From: Camelus ferus
Taxonomy: Eukaryota
Reading direction: 5' to 3'
Length of the DNA stretch: 64,000 bases
Assembly (NCBI RefSeq): GCF_009834535.1
Contig: NC_045696.1
Coordinates: 74,836,001-74,900,000 of the forward strand
In this document: piece by piece, positions 1-36,384 of the stretch
Position numbering within the stretch: position 1 is the stretch's first letter
Layout: the number at the start of each line of letters is the position of its first letter
The notes under the pieces: model-generated
What the model saw: only the letters and a program-made list of their open reading frames with translations
What the model was told of the DNA's origin: nothing
The model's database searches: none
Translations under genes and position numbers: made by a program

Positions 1-2068
1 ACAGGAAACTGCTGCCAGTCTGCTTTCTCCCCACCTAGTTGTGACTATGCCCACCTGTTGCTGCAGAAATACTACTTTTGGATCATGTTGGTGCTGCCCC
101 AGAGTCCAGTTGGGGTGTTTTGAAATATATGATAAATACACCTTTTCAGAATCTGAAAAACCTTTTAAAATTATCATTTTAAAATCTGTGAACTCCCAAA
201 TTCTGAAACGCATCTGGCCCTTAGGGCTTAGGGCAATAGATTATGGACCTATGTGAGCATGCACTTAAATGTCTGTTTTCCTTCTTAGTCTGCAGACTCC
301 TGGAGAGCTGGGCCTGTGTTTAATCCATGTGTAGGCCCAGTTCTTGGCACATAATAGGCATTCAGTCAGTGTTTGGTGAGAGAATGAACTATGCCAGAAC
401 ATGCCAGTTAGGTGATGGGAAACAGACTTGAGAGCAGCACCTTATTTTTCCTGGAACGGAGACAAAACAGACTGCCTTCAGTTCACAAGAGGCTGAACTG
501 TGTTACTTTTTGGGCACTTAAAAATGTTCCCTGTAATGAGAAATTTGGTAGCAAATAAAAAAAAAACATTAAAAAGCAAAACTTAATGCCAATACTGTAT
601 TGTCAGTACCTCTGACTTCCGTTTTCCTCTGTCACCCACTCGCCCCCCGCAGCTCTGGATTGTTGGCTGACTTCTTGAGAAAGAAAGCCACATGGGAGTA
701 TCTGTAATTGGAAGACTACTTGGGGTGGGTAAGCAAGTGTGTTTTTAAATTCCCTGGTGAGAATGATCATAAAAGCTTTAAATACCTCAACTAATTCATT
801 ATGAGTTTAGGGGTTTTTTTTTTAAATAAAGTATAGGAATTATGAATCATTATTGCAAAGAGAAAAGCAGAATATTAGAGAATTTAATTGTAAAATAGCA
901 AACTTAAAATTAACTTTTCTGATGAATAGACTTCTTTTAGTAGGCAAAAGTAGTTTATGCTTTAATTTTTAAAGTACAGTTTAAAATGCTTTCATGCCTA
1001 CATGAGCTTTCATGATCTGTATGAAAATTATTAGTAGCTAAGAAACACTCGTATGGCTTTGTCTCATATAGATTAAAATAGCTGTTCACTAGCACAGCAG
1101 GTATAATTGTACAGGCTACATAATGCCTTGTTTTAGTAAATTCTGTGGACATTTTAAGAAGTAGAGAGAGAAGGCTGTTTGAATTATGCAACTGTGTTTT
1201 TTTCTGTTTTATTTAGTAAATTGGCTTGAGTACAATGGCTCATTTTGATATTTGTAACTGGTACAGCTGAACTTCTAAAATGATAACTCATATGCTGCTT
1301 TCTACTCAGCTAACAATGCTTTCACTATATGATCAAGTTATTTAAAATGTGTTAAACGAATCAAATATTCATGTTGAAAAAGAACTTAGTCAAGAAGTTC
1401 TAGTAATTGAAAGAACGCTATGGTTATATCAAATTAATTTCCATTAAATTATTAGTTTAAAATGGCATTAGTCAGTAATTTCAGTTATCACTTCAGGGAG
1501 TGTGAGGAACAGCTTCAATTTGATCTTGACTAAAAATCGCTGTCGGTGAAATTCACACTGTACCCTTCTGATGATTTTTTTTTTTTTTTTTTTTTGGTAA
1601 AAACAGGTAGAAATGGCTCATATTGCATACTCCTCTTTGTCTTTCCTTCCTCCCAGGAGGGAAGAAGTTTCTTAACTAACTGGCTGAAGATAGATCCTGG
1701 AAAAACATAAATATTATAGAAATGAATTCGGGTGGGGCAGGGGAGGAGCCTACAGTGATACAGAGAAGGACTAGTCAGTGAAGTCCAAGGAAGACCCAGG
1801 AAGTGTGGGGTCATGAAAGCCATTGGAGTAAAGCCTGACCAAGAAGGGAGGATCATTAGCTTTAGCAGAGAGGTCTCATGACGTGCCCTTGCAAGGAGGC
1901 AAAGCAGAGTGGTTGAGAGACTGGGTTGCAGAGTCACACACACTTGGATTCAGTTCCCAACTCCACTTCTATTCTTAGGCAAGTTATTTAACTTAAGGCT
2001 CGGTTTCTTTTCGTCTCTTTTTTCCATCCCATTACATTTATTTTATGGTTCCCAGTGGACTTAAGGTA

Positions 2069-2415
2069 TGTTAAAAAGTAAACTGAGACATATTTTTAAT
2101 AATCTTGAGTAAAAATCAGTTTGGATTGGGCAGTGCCAAACCAGAAGTGGTTAGGAGTGCCCCATCACCCACCTCTAGGGGAGGGGGCAAGACTTGTATA
2201 GAGAGGAGGAGGAAGTGAAGCAAGGAAATTACTTGATTGGCTGTAGCTTACATGGTTGCCTCATTTGGAAAGCCTGATTGGCTGTGACTGATTGTCCTCA
2301 GGGTTTGATTTCTTAACCTTAAGGCATTTACAGCCCTAGGATTATGGTTTGTTTACATAGGCTTCTAAGGTATTAGAATCACCTCAGTCTAATGGCCTCC
2401 TTGTTTAATTGAGCA
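2069..2415 (-). mobile_element. Solo LTR (ERV1-like)
   Basis: TG...CA termini, near-TSD ggta/ggtg, ATTGG boxes; orientation inferred. Confidence 0.65.
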
Positions 2416-3250
2416 GGTGTAAGAGTCAAGATTAATTGTAAATATATTCCTGGATCTATGTATAACTCACTTTTATATTTTTGTATTTGCTTGCTTATTG
2501 ATAATATATAAACACCTGTAAAGCAAATACCCAACTCAGGAATTTGGAAATTAACAGTCACTTACAGTTGGGTGCTCTTTCCTCCTGTTTATCATTCTCT
2601 TGCTTTAAAAAAGTTTTACTGCATATGCATGCATTCCTAAACAATATATTATTGAGTTTTTACAGAGTATTATGTTGGTTTGTGTCTTCTGGAACTTGCT
2701 TTTTTCCTCTCAGCAGTATTTTTCAGATTCATCTATGTTGTAAACACCTGTAGTGCCTTAGTTTTCACTGCAATATAGTAATTCACTGTGAAAACACTAA
2801 TTATCCATTCTCCTATTGGTGAGTATTATTTTATTGCTCTTACAAGCAACTATATGAATCTGGCTCTTGAGCACATGTGCTTGAGTTTCTTTAAGGCTTA
2901 TCTACCCAGAAGTGGAATTAAATTATCAAATTGAAAGGTATACACATCATCACCCTTGTTAGATGTTGCCAGATCACTTCCCAAAGAGCTGTCCCACCAG
3001 AATATAAGTTACCTTTTTCTTGCAGCTTTGCCAACTCCTGGATGAGAAAAAAAAAATTCTGTTGCATAGGTATGGAATTGCTTTTTATTTGCATTTTGCT
3101 AATTACTGAGGTTGAGTATCTTTTCATTTGTATATTGTCCTCTCTTGGTTTTCCTGCTTTGATCTGCTATTCATAGCTTTGCACATTTTTCTTTTGGAAC
3201 ATCAGCCTTTTTTAATTATTAGTTTGGAGGAATTGCTTTTAAGTTCTAGG

Positions 3251-3560
3251 TGCTGTGGACCTAAAACACATAGACTGCCAGATATTTCTCCAGCTTTATT
3301 GCAGAGAATTGCAATTCAGGGTCCTCAGCCATGGCAAACCACGTGTAAGTCTTGCAGAGCAAGGAAAGGAGAGCTCTTTTATAGCGAGGAAAAGGAATCT
3401 GGGGAGGCTCTGGTAAACAGAGTCCATGGCTTTTCATTGGCTGAGTCCTTGCCAGGGAACGAGTCTTTCTTTTGGGCTCTGTTATGTCACAGGGTGCGAG
3501 AGCTCCCTCTTCTGGCCTCCCAACTCTATTTAATTGCATTTCTGTTTATTAATTTAAGTG
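3251..3560 (-). mobile_element. Solo LTR inserted in an old antisense L1 remnant (~2600-3620)
   Basis: Reverse AATAAA (ctttatt), reverse TATA (ttttata) and ATTGG in LTR order; L1-like flanks. Confidence 0.6.
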
Positions 3561-4139
3561 TGAATCCTTTATTTGAATTTTAGCTTGCAAGCTATCCTTT
3601 CCCAATGTGTGGCTTAGTTTTTTTTGTTTTTGTTTTTCTTTTTTTCTCTTTGGGGTAGAAGAAAAACTCTCTTCTCTTCATGCATATGCTGCACGTAGGC
3701 AACTGAAGATGCTGGATCTGACAGCTGCTCTTTCTTCTCCTCCTCCATCTTCTTGTATATAGGGATAATTGTGAACATCATCACTGACAGTGTGTGAGTG
3801 TGTGGGGGGTGTGCAGTGGGCCACTGGGCTGTTTAGTAAGCCTGGAGGGTGATTCTACTCCCATTTGTTGGAAGCTTTTTTAAAAGGTAGTGTGCTTGAT
3901 GCCTCTCTATCTTCAGCTTTGGGGCCGATTACCAGGCCTGAGTCCTTAGGAGGAGGTCCACTCAATTTTCTGTTATGCATGTAACCCGTGTAGATGGAAA
4001 ACCCTAATTCCTGTCTATAATCACTTCCTTTTTTGGTCATTAACTCAGAGAAAAGTCTAATCAGGGAATATTTTTTGGTTTACTCCTTTCTCAGGTTGGG
4101 GTCTTGATTATTTTAAACTTTAGAGAAGGAATTAATTTT

Positions 4140-4372
4140 TAAAAAATTGAAGTATAGTTGATTAACATTGTTGTGTTAGTTTCAGGTGTACAGCAAAGTG
4201 ATTCAGTTATACATGTATATTGTTTTTCAGATTCTTTTCCATTATAGGTTATTCCAAGACAGTGAGTATACTTCCCTGAGCTATACAGTATGCCCCTGTT
4301 GTTTATCTGTTTTATATATAGTGGTGTGTATCTATTAATTCCAAACTCCTGATTTATAACCCCCTCACCCCA
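4140..4372 (-). mobile_element. L1 3' end fragment
   Basis: attgaagtatagttgatt...ttcaggtgtacagcaaagtgattcagtt, a typical laurasiatherian L1 3' UTR in antisense. Confidence 0.85.
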
Positions 4373-4957
4373 TCAATAGGTTAATTTAGAATGCAGTTAG
4401 TCTGCCTGGCTATGCCCAGTGAGTGACTCTTTGTCTTACTCTTTTTTTTTTTCTCCTGTCCTTACTTTCCATATATTTCTTTTCCCCACATGGAATTCAC
4501 AAAGCTTTTAATAAAATATTTTGCCACTTTCCTGATTTCTGTCCTTTCCTTCCTTTGGGTACAGAGGACCTGCAGGAAGGCAGGTAGTCTGGTGGCTTTG
4601 TTTCCTACCAGCCAGAATAAATGCCTGCAGAGACTTTGCTTCTCTGCTTTTGAGCATGCTGTTAGGTGTATAGTTTGAGGGAGCTACTTACTAAACTATA
4701 CCTTGTGGAACAGTATTGTTCTCAGGAATTCAGACCCTTTATAGCCATATTAGACACACACAGACCATGTCGATACATATAGTGACCACTTCTTTAGATC
4801 CTCTAATTTATTAGCATTTATCATGTTAGGTTTCATCTGGGGGTATCTTGTTGCCTTGTTTTACCCTTATCAGACTCTGAGCTTGTCTGGAAGTAGTTTA
4901 TAATCTGCTAGTCTCTGCTGGATGCACTTTTGTTGGTATTCTCAGGACTCCATCAAT

Positions 4958-6728
4958 TGTCAGGTGAGAAGAAAACATCAACAGAAAGTCTGTGTGGTCA
5001 AAATACTCTTTCTCCTTCGTGAGAAAGAGAACCAGGCATGACTTTCTTTACAGAAGAGAAACCGTTTTTGGCCTAAGCCATTTTGTGATCCAAGCCTGGC
5101 CACAATGCTTGCTTTTGAAGATCTCAGTAATTAATGATCTTAAAGGAACAAAAGAAGGCAGGAACAAGTGATTGTTGTCAGGCAAGAGAAGTAACAAGAG
5201 CAAAGATAATGTATCAGTTGCAAAGACTCCAGTTTTGTTTCAGTGGTCAAGACTGGCTAATTGGTGGTTGAGAAGGGCTCAGACACCAGCTCTCCTGGAA
5301 CCTAAGGGATGCTGATGATGACCTTTTCTGACCCTCTTGACTTTAATCAGCTAAAGGTTGGACTCTGTCTGCTGCCAAAAGCCCTTCGTGAACATGCATG
5401 TACCCTTAGCTTAAAACTTCCCCAGTTTTGCTCTTCCGGGAGACACTGATTTGGGAAGGATCCCCTGTGTTCTTACTTGCTGCAAGTAGTAAGTCTTTCC
5501 TTCTCCCAGTCTTTGGCTTGTGTCTTTTTGATACAGGAAAAAAATGGGGCATGAGAGGATGGCCATGTCCCAGATCTCATCTGAGTCCCTGGGACGTGCC
5601 ACACTAAATGAAGATCCTTGGCTTCATGCAGGAAAGAATTCAAGAGCAAGCCACAGTAAAATAAAAGTATATTTATTCAGAGAGATGCACACTCCACAGA
5701 CCAAGTGTAGACCATCTCAGAAGGCCAGAGAGGCCACTAGGCCTGTGTGTGGGTGTTTAGTTTAAAGTAAAAGTAGACACACACTACACGGACAGAGTGC
5801 AGTCTGTCTCGTTCAGAAGGGAGAGAGGTGTTGGAGGGTCAGTTAGTTTTCATCAGCTCGGTTATTTCATATGCCAGCAAATGGGAGGATTATTCCAACC
5901 ACTTTGGGGAAGGGGTGGGGATTCCCAGGGGTTGGTCCACCACCCACTTTTTGACTTTTCACGATCAGCCTAGGAACTGTCATGGCGCCTGTGGGTGTGT
6001 CATTCACTGTGCTAGTACATTACGCTGTACATAATGAAGCCCAATTCTGCCATGTTGGTGTTAATTGCTTTGTCATTCCTTTAATGGTTGTGCTATGCCC
6101 CCTTCCTTCCTGTCTCATTTTGGCTCAACACCCACCAGGAAGTGAACCCAGTTTTTGGGTAACACTAATAAGTTTTCATTGAAGAGTGAAACGTTAGTCA
6201 TCTTTTTAGCAACAGATATGAAAGGTGGGGAGGCAACTTTGACATTTTTCAGAAATCCAAAGAAAGTTTGGAGTTGTTGAGTAGTGGAGGAAAAGTAATT
6301 TTCCCTATACCCTTCTGAGTTCTTGACTGAGACCTCCTGTAATAAAAGGTTAACAAGAGAATAACACACAGAAGTTTGTTAATATGTATATCAAGGTATA
6401 CATGTGATACCCAGGTAAAAATGAGTAACTCCCTGAGGTAGCCCAAGCCACCAGCTTAAATACGATCTTCAGCTAAAGATAAAAAGAAAGGTATATCAAG
6501 GGTTGAGAGTGGAGACCAGTCTTGGGAGGTTACTAAGGAAAGCAGGGGTAAGGTTTGATACTGCAGATTTAAGTCCATGCCTTCTCCATTGATAAAGCTC
6601 GTTTAGAGTCATCTAAATTAGTGTCATTTAGAGCCATCCCTCACTTCTGGTGCAGAGAGGGAGACATCCATACAATTGGAGATTTCCTTTGTAAATGTCA
6701 ATTTGGGTTTCAAAGGGGTAACTAACAT
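4958..6728. mobile_element. Cluster of about three LTRs (sense ~5020-5579; antisense to ~6117; antisense ~6275-6728)
   Basis: TG/CA termini and LTR motifs (caggaaagaattcaagagcaagcc, tttatt, cctgtctca); boundaries approximate. Confidence 0.65.
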
Positions 6729-6749
6729 CTTTGAGAAACAAAACAGTAT

Positions 6750-7262
6750 TATAAGGAGGTAAACAGAATGTGGGATGTTCTAAGGACAAGTCTTTCCAAT
6801 AAGTCAATTTCATAGGGAAAAAAAGAAAGCAAGAGGTGAATTCTTCTAGATGGAGAGATTTAAGAGACAAAACCAGATGGATTATGTAGTCCTTAATTGG
6901 ATCTTGATTTGAACAAATCTGAAGTGAAAGACATCGGTGGGAATAATTAGGGACACTTGAAAATGGACTAGGTATTAATAGTTACTAAATAGTAAATAGT
7001 TCCTGTTAATATTGGAGGTTTGTTAATGGTATTATGGTGTATTAGGAAAATGTCTTGATATTTTTGGAGATGTGTACTGAAGTATTTAGGGCTAAAATAT
7101 CTTGATGTCTGTGGTTGACTTTAAAATATTTCAGCAAAAACCACAAAAGATGAAGCAAGTACGATAACAGTATTAAATATGTTTGTAAACTCTCGTGATG
7201 GACATTATGAAGGTCCATTATACTGATTTCTCTGTGTTTGAAATTTTTCTTATTAAAAAGGC
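6750..7262 (+). mobile_element. L1ME-type 3' end fragment
   Basis: atggtattatggt...ttggagatgtgtactgaagtatttaggg...gtttgaaatttttctta. Confidence 0.7.
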
Positions 7263-7984
7263 TGACACAATGGAGCAAGAGTGAGAGGTTGAACGTAGTA
7301 GATGAAAAGGGATCCTCAGAAGTGTAAGATTACTGAAAAGTTAGGGAAAGATAGAATTTAAATCTCAGAGGGAGAAATTGGCCCAGATGACAGAACAGTC
7401 GGCTCCTCTGTTGTCACAGAAGGGAAGGAGGAGCCTCTGGTGAGTCAGTCATGCATGTATCGTGTTGTAAAACAAGCAGTGGGAAATTAAAAGTTCCTGT
7501 CTGGTGGCTTCTACTTTCTCTATAATACAGAAGCAAGGCCAGCTACTGTGAGAGGGGTTGTGGGAAGTTTGGAAGCTGGCAAAGAGTGCAAAGGAATTGA
7601 AATCGTTGATACTAAGAGTGGATGTGATGGGTTAAAAGCTGCATAGGGTAGACAGGTACTTTTGAGGGCCCAGCTAGATTGCTTATGTGAGCTTGTAGTA
7701 GAACTAATGCACCTCACTGTTTGGCTTTTCCATCCATGTTTGGTAGCTTGGCTGAAAGAAAGGAAGGAGTTGGGTTCATCCAAGGATGAACATCCAAGGT
7801 GTGATTTTGTCTGTTGAGTGTGACCAAGTGGAAGGATGGGAAACTAAAGTGCTAGCAGAATGGGTGATGGAGTGCTGGACCTAGAATCTAGCCTGTATGA
7901 GAAGGGACGTGCAACTTGCAACTAGAAGATGAAGACTTCCTGGAGATACAAGGCACAGTGTTGTAATTATAGTCAGCCATGCTG

Positions 7985-8185
7985 TGTTACCTACTTCAAA
8001 GTTGCTAAGAGACTAGGTCTTAAATGTTCTCTCTGCAAAAGAAATAGTAATTATGTGATGTGATAGAGATGTTTGTTGACACTTCGGTGGTAATCATATT
8101 GCAATATATAAATATCAAATGAGCACGTTGTACATCTTAAACTTATACAATGTAATCTGCCAATTATGTCTCAATTTTTTTAGTA
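7985..8185 (+). mobile_element. L1MA-type 3' end fragment
   Basis: aaagttgctaagaga...ttgtacatcttaaacttatacaatg...tctcaat. Confidence 0.75.
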
Positions 8186-8275
8186 AAAGGGAATTGCCAC
8201 ACACTCACTATATTTCACATTGGACCCCTTGTCTTTCTTATGAACCTTCTCCCTGCCAAGGATTGTGAAGTGTCT

Positions 8276-8727
8276 GTAATCACCTCCTTACAAGCTAATA
8301 AATTACTCTTACTGTTTCATGGATGCTGGCAGAAGACATGAGACTCCTCAGTCAGAGCCAAGGACTTTATCACTCACTGCACTAGAAGTAGCGTGACCTG
8401 ATGTTGGTTTGCACCTGTTCCTTGTGTTTCTCTGTTCTCGTGGGGGTGACCCACATGGGCCCAGATGGATGCTCATGTGCACTGGGTTTGCATCATAGTC
8501 CAGAAACACTGAGCTTGGGGGATTTACTACTTTTATAGTAAGTGGAAGCAAGCCCACTCTTTGTACTGAGGGCAGACTTTGTCTCATCCCTTGAGGTCGC
8601 TCACTCCAGATACAACCCTGACAATGGCTCAGGTGAAAGAAACGAGGGCCTTGTATTCTTGGCATTCCCAGCAAGGGTGTGCAGGGACTCTCATTGCCCA
8701 TGGCCCTCCCAGTATTCCCCCTCCACA
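8276..8727 (-). mobile_element. Solo LTR remnant (ancient ERV-type)
   Basis: tgtaatc...ggatgctggcagaagacatgagactcctcagtcagagccaaggactttat...ctccaca; family not assigned. Confidence 0.6.
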
Positions 8728-9289
8728 GAGTGGTGGTGATAAGAGAATTCTTTTTCTTTGTCATTTCTATTCATAGTACCTCCATCCTTTTGGGCACCCA
8801 GGCTGGAAAATCTCATTCATTGGGTGCAACTCATGGTCTTGCTAGCTGCAGATAGCTCCTCTTTAGAGGGTCACTTCTGTGTGGCTATCGCTTTGGGGTG
8901 GAAAGGCTGTAGAGATGGGCAAGAGTTGGTTTTGAATGCCCTTAAAAGTTATATGAGACCCCTTTGAGCCCCTAATGTACTAAAAAGTACATTAGCAACT
9001 CAGTAGGAGGGACTTACATCAGTCCTGCTTGCCCAAGATCTTTTGGAACTCAGAAAATGAAAAGGCATCAAAACCAATGAAAGTTTCTAAGATTTCGTGG
9101 CCAGGGATATTTCAGGTATGGTCCAGCAAGGGCAGTTGGGTTTGTGACTTTAAAGAACCTGAATGCAGTTTATCTTCAGTTGAGTAGAATGATAGTCCAG
9201 ATTGGCTGTAACCTAACCAGTCTGGTAGTCTCTGAGAAACATGCTAAATTGTTAAACAGTGCAACTTTATCAAAAAATGGTTAAGACTT

Positions 9290-9431
9290 GGGGGAAGGTT
9301 ATAGCTCAGTGGTAGGGTGTGTACTTAGCATGCACAAGGTCCTGGGTTCAATCCCCAGTACCTCCACTAATAAATAAATAAATAAAACTATTTATCCGCC
9401 CAAAAAATTAAGAATAAAAAAATTTTAAAAG
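9290..9431 (+). mobile_element. tRNA-derived SINE (camelid Vic-1-like)
   Basis: A box tagctcagtgg, B box ggttcaatcc, (AATA)n/A-rich tail; 15-bp TSD aaatgRttaagactt at 9275-9289 and 9432-9446. Confidence 0.9.
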
Positions 9432-9964
9432 AAATGATTAAGACTTATGAAGACTGTTACCAAAATTTAGATAAATGGAAAAATGTACCACAATATTAAA
9501 TTGGAAATGGAATATTAAAATGATGTCAGTTCTTTTAAAAGTACTTTATAGTTTAATGCCATTCTAATAAGTCCCAATGTATTTATTGTTTTGATTTGAC
9601 AATATACATTTAAAGTTAACCCTGAAAAAGTAAAACATTTTTATACCACCACTGATGCTAGTGAAGGATAGACACCAGAAAAAATTTTCTCTTACAGGAA
9701 TTTGCAGTTGGAATAGTCATTTTGGGCTATAAACTTGACCTGAGAAATATAAACTTGGATCTTGTGCTCAGAGAAGTAGAGAAAGTCATTCTGTAGAAAG
9801 AGAAAAATAAAGCAGGAATGAAGAGGAAAACAGGACAGATAGAGAAAGAATACTGCCGGTTACCAATCTCTGTTCTCTTCTGGGGTTGTTATATTTTTGT
9901 CTTTAATTTGGGGGTTCATCCTAAATCCTTAGAGTGAATTTTCCTTTAGTTCTTAAATAATTTC

Positions 9965-10845
9965 AGGTTAGTTAATTTATTGGAGAATAGAGTTATCTCA
10001 GGTACCAGGGATACAGCAAAGAGTAAAGTGAACAAAGTCTCTGCCCCGAGGAGCTTATGCTCTGCTAGGAGGAGACAGACCACAAATAAGCAAATATATG
10101 CTAGATGGTATTGAGTCTCATCGTGAGACATTAGACAGGGTAAGGGGTCTAGTTGGGTGTGTATGTGCTCTCAGCGAAGGTTGTTCTGAGAAGGTATCAT
10201 TTGAATGGAGGTGACGGTGCAAGAGATGAAAATATCAGGGGCTAGAGGGTTCTAGGCGTTGGTAAATGCAGGTGCAAAGATGGAGGCTGGAGCCTGCTTA
10301 ATGTGTTCAAGGAACAGGAGAAAGCTTTTGAATGGCAGCAGCAGAGGGAGGGAGGGAGATAGGAAAAGGGAGCGGTGTGTGTAAGAGATGATACGGGCTC
10401 TGGAGGTTAAGATACAGAGTTAGGCTTTGCTCTGAGTGGAGTGAAAAAGCCATTATAGGACTTAAAGCAGAAGGACCTGTGTGTTTTAAAAGGACCACTG
10501 GTTGCTATATTTGGAATAGACTAGAGAGTGGACAAGGGCAGTAGAAAGGAGAGACCAGGTGAATGATTATGGTAGCTTGGACCAAGGTAGTCAAAGTGGA
10601 GGTAATCAGCATTGGTCAAATCCTGGATATGTTTTGAAGGAATGCCTGGCATGATTTGCTGATGGATTAGATATAGGGTATGAAAGAAACAGAACAGAGG
10701 AGTTAGGGGTGACTCCCAAGTTTTTGGCTTAAACAATTGGAAGGCTGGAATTGCCATTTACAGAGATGAGGAAGACTTCAGTGTGGTGTGGGGTTCAGTT
10801 TTGAAGTAAGTTTGAGGTGCCTGTTAGACATCCAGGTGCAGACAT
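9965..10845 (-). mobile_element. L2 fragment
   Basis: aaagtctctgccccgaggagctta...gactcccaagtttttggcttaaacaattgga...tttgaggtgcctgttagacatcca. Confidence 0.85.
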
Positions 10846-11184
10846 CTGTTGGTGCCTTCTGAACTGTTGTTAAGTATTTTTTACTAAACTCCATTCTGGT
10901 ACTAATTCTCTATAATTTAGTCTTAAATACTGCAATTCAAGATTTCTCTTCCATCCTCTGATCTCATTCCTCCATAAAATCCTTTAGTAAATAATGTAGA
11001 TCTATATTTACTAAGCAATTTTAAGTTCTAGTAATAATCTCATTTGAGTTTCAGAGGTACCAAGAGGAAGTTATATGTCAATACTTTAAAAGTAGATCAA
11101 TATGTCATCGGAGAACTGAATCAGTCTTTCTGTTTTTCAATAGTGACTTTCATTGGTGAGTTTGTGAGATAAACAAATTCAAGG

Positions 11185-34594
<23,410 letters not shown>

Positions 34595-36384
34595 CAGTGC
34601 ATAACAGATTTTCTGTTCTCCACCGATATCTGGAGAAATCCGTACTACAGCCTATAGCTGTGAAAAAAGAATTTACCTTATATTTGCAGGTGAAGATTTT
34701 TCTATTGAGATTATTATATACAAAAAAAGAAGCTTTCAAGTAAACTACAATACAAAAAAAAGGTGAAAAAAATAAGGTAAAGGTGCTTGCTAAGATCAGA
34801 AGGACCAGTGTATTAGAGAAGTTGAGCTAACTTAACCTTGAATTTTTGCTCGTACTCAGTCTATTTGTGTAGAACAGAATGTATACACTATAGCAGCCTG
34901 TCATGTTTGATTGTATGTATGTGTTGCATTTTTAAAGAACTATATTTTTAACTTTGTATACATAAGATTAAGTGTCACATTTTTGAGTTTTGTAATGGAG
35001 GAACCAGGCACAGGAATAGATGAAGTGATACCGTAGGTGTGTGTACTGATGTTGGAAGAAAGTCTCTTTGAACTCCGTTCTTTCTTTCTGATCTGAAAGA
35101 AATCCTGGTCACTACTGGTTAAGAATGCTGATAGGCCTAGGTACCGCGGAGGGGAGTCCTTCTGATTATCATTAGTTTCTAGTACATCGTTTGCCATCTT
35201 ATCAATTGAAGTAAGTGCTCATATTCGGTCCTTTGAAGGGGACATAATCATAAGGAAGGCCAGGGAATAGAGCTCTCACTCTGAAATTTTAGACATACAT
35301 AAGAAACTTGTATTATGTTAATAGGTAGATAGCAGTAATCACATATAAATGTAGGCATTTTAAAAAGCTGGTTAGGATCAAATGACACTTTAGGTAGCAT
35401 TCTAAATAGTTGGGCTTTCCTATTGATTTCATATTCTAGAACTGAGTTATAGAGTGCCCTCCCTGTTTCAGAAGATTGATAAACATTTGGATTGTCCTTG
35501 CATCTGAAGAATTTCCCCCGCAATGTTCTCCATCAGTATTCATCTAGACAGGAAATACAATGTAACAGCATTACATTTTTGAAAGAAGTGTAAAAGCTAA
35601 CCAATCACTAGACATGACGAGTTATCATTGTAACAAGGTTGCTTTTTATGAATTTATGTTCACATAATACAAAATCTGAATTGATGGAAACTATCTGTGC
35701 CTTCAAAAACTTAAAAAGGAAACATTCAAGTTTTTTGATCTTAATATTTCTTTCCTTTGCACAAAATATTGGTTTCTAAGTGGTTTTGCTTCAAAGAAAA
35801 TCTAAAGTGAGCCCCGCTTTAAAGCAAAAAGAAAATTCTAAGAGCAGTTCTTCAAGGAGCCAGAGGAAAATACTAATAAGCAGTTCCTCTCCTTGTCAAT
35901 GATACAATAATGTGGCTATTACTAGAGCGTGCCCCCCTGAGCTTAAACAAAGGTACTTTCCCCTTTGGATTTTCTCTACAAATAACCCAAATGATTGACA
36001 ATAGAAGACTGTTAGTCTTGCCTCATGGTGAAGTCTTGGGGTTTTTCCAATAAAGAAGTGTATTGTGTTTTGTAACTTAGTAAACTGTCAGTTACTGTTG
36101 AGATAGGTCTGTTAACTTTTGATCACTTGTAACCCTAACCTAAATACTCCCAAATTTTATTTGTAAATTTTCATTTTTATATTGTGAATGTGCTAATAAG
36201 TGCACCAACCTTATTAAGTATAATTAAGTCAGTAACAGTTTTGTGTAGATCAGTTGATACTAAAAGAGAATAAAATGGAAAGAGGATGATTAAGATACAG
36301 GACCAAAAAACCCAGACTATTGTAGATAGCAGGCATGAATGTGTATTTATATACAAGACTTCTATGAACTTTTGCTGTTAATGA

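Noticed and set aside
9290..9366. tRNA-like sequence with A and B boxes
   Set aside because: SINE head with tail and TSD, repeated five times; not a tRNA gene
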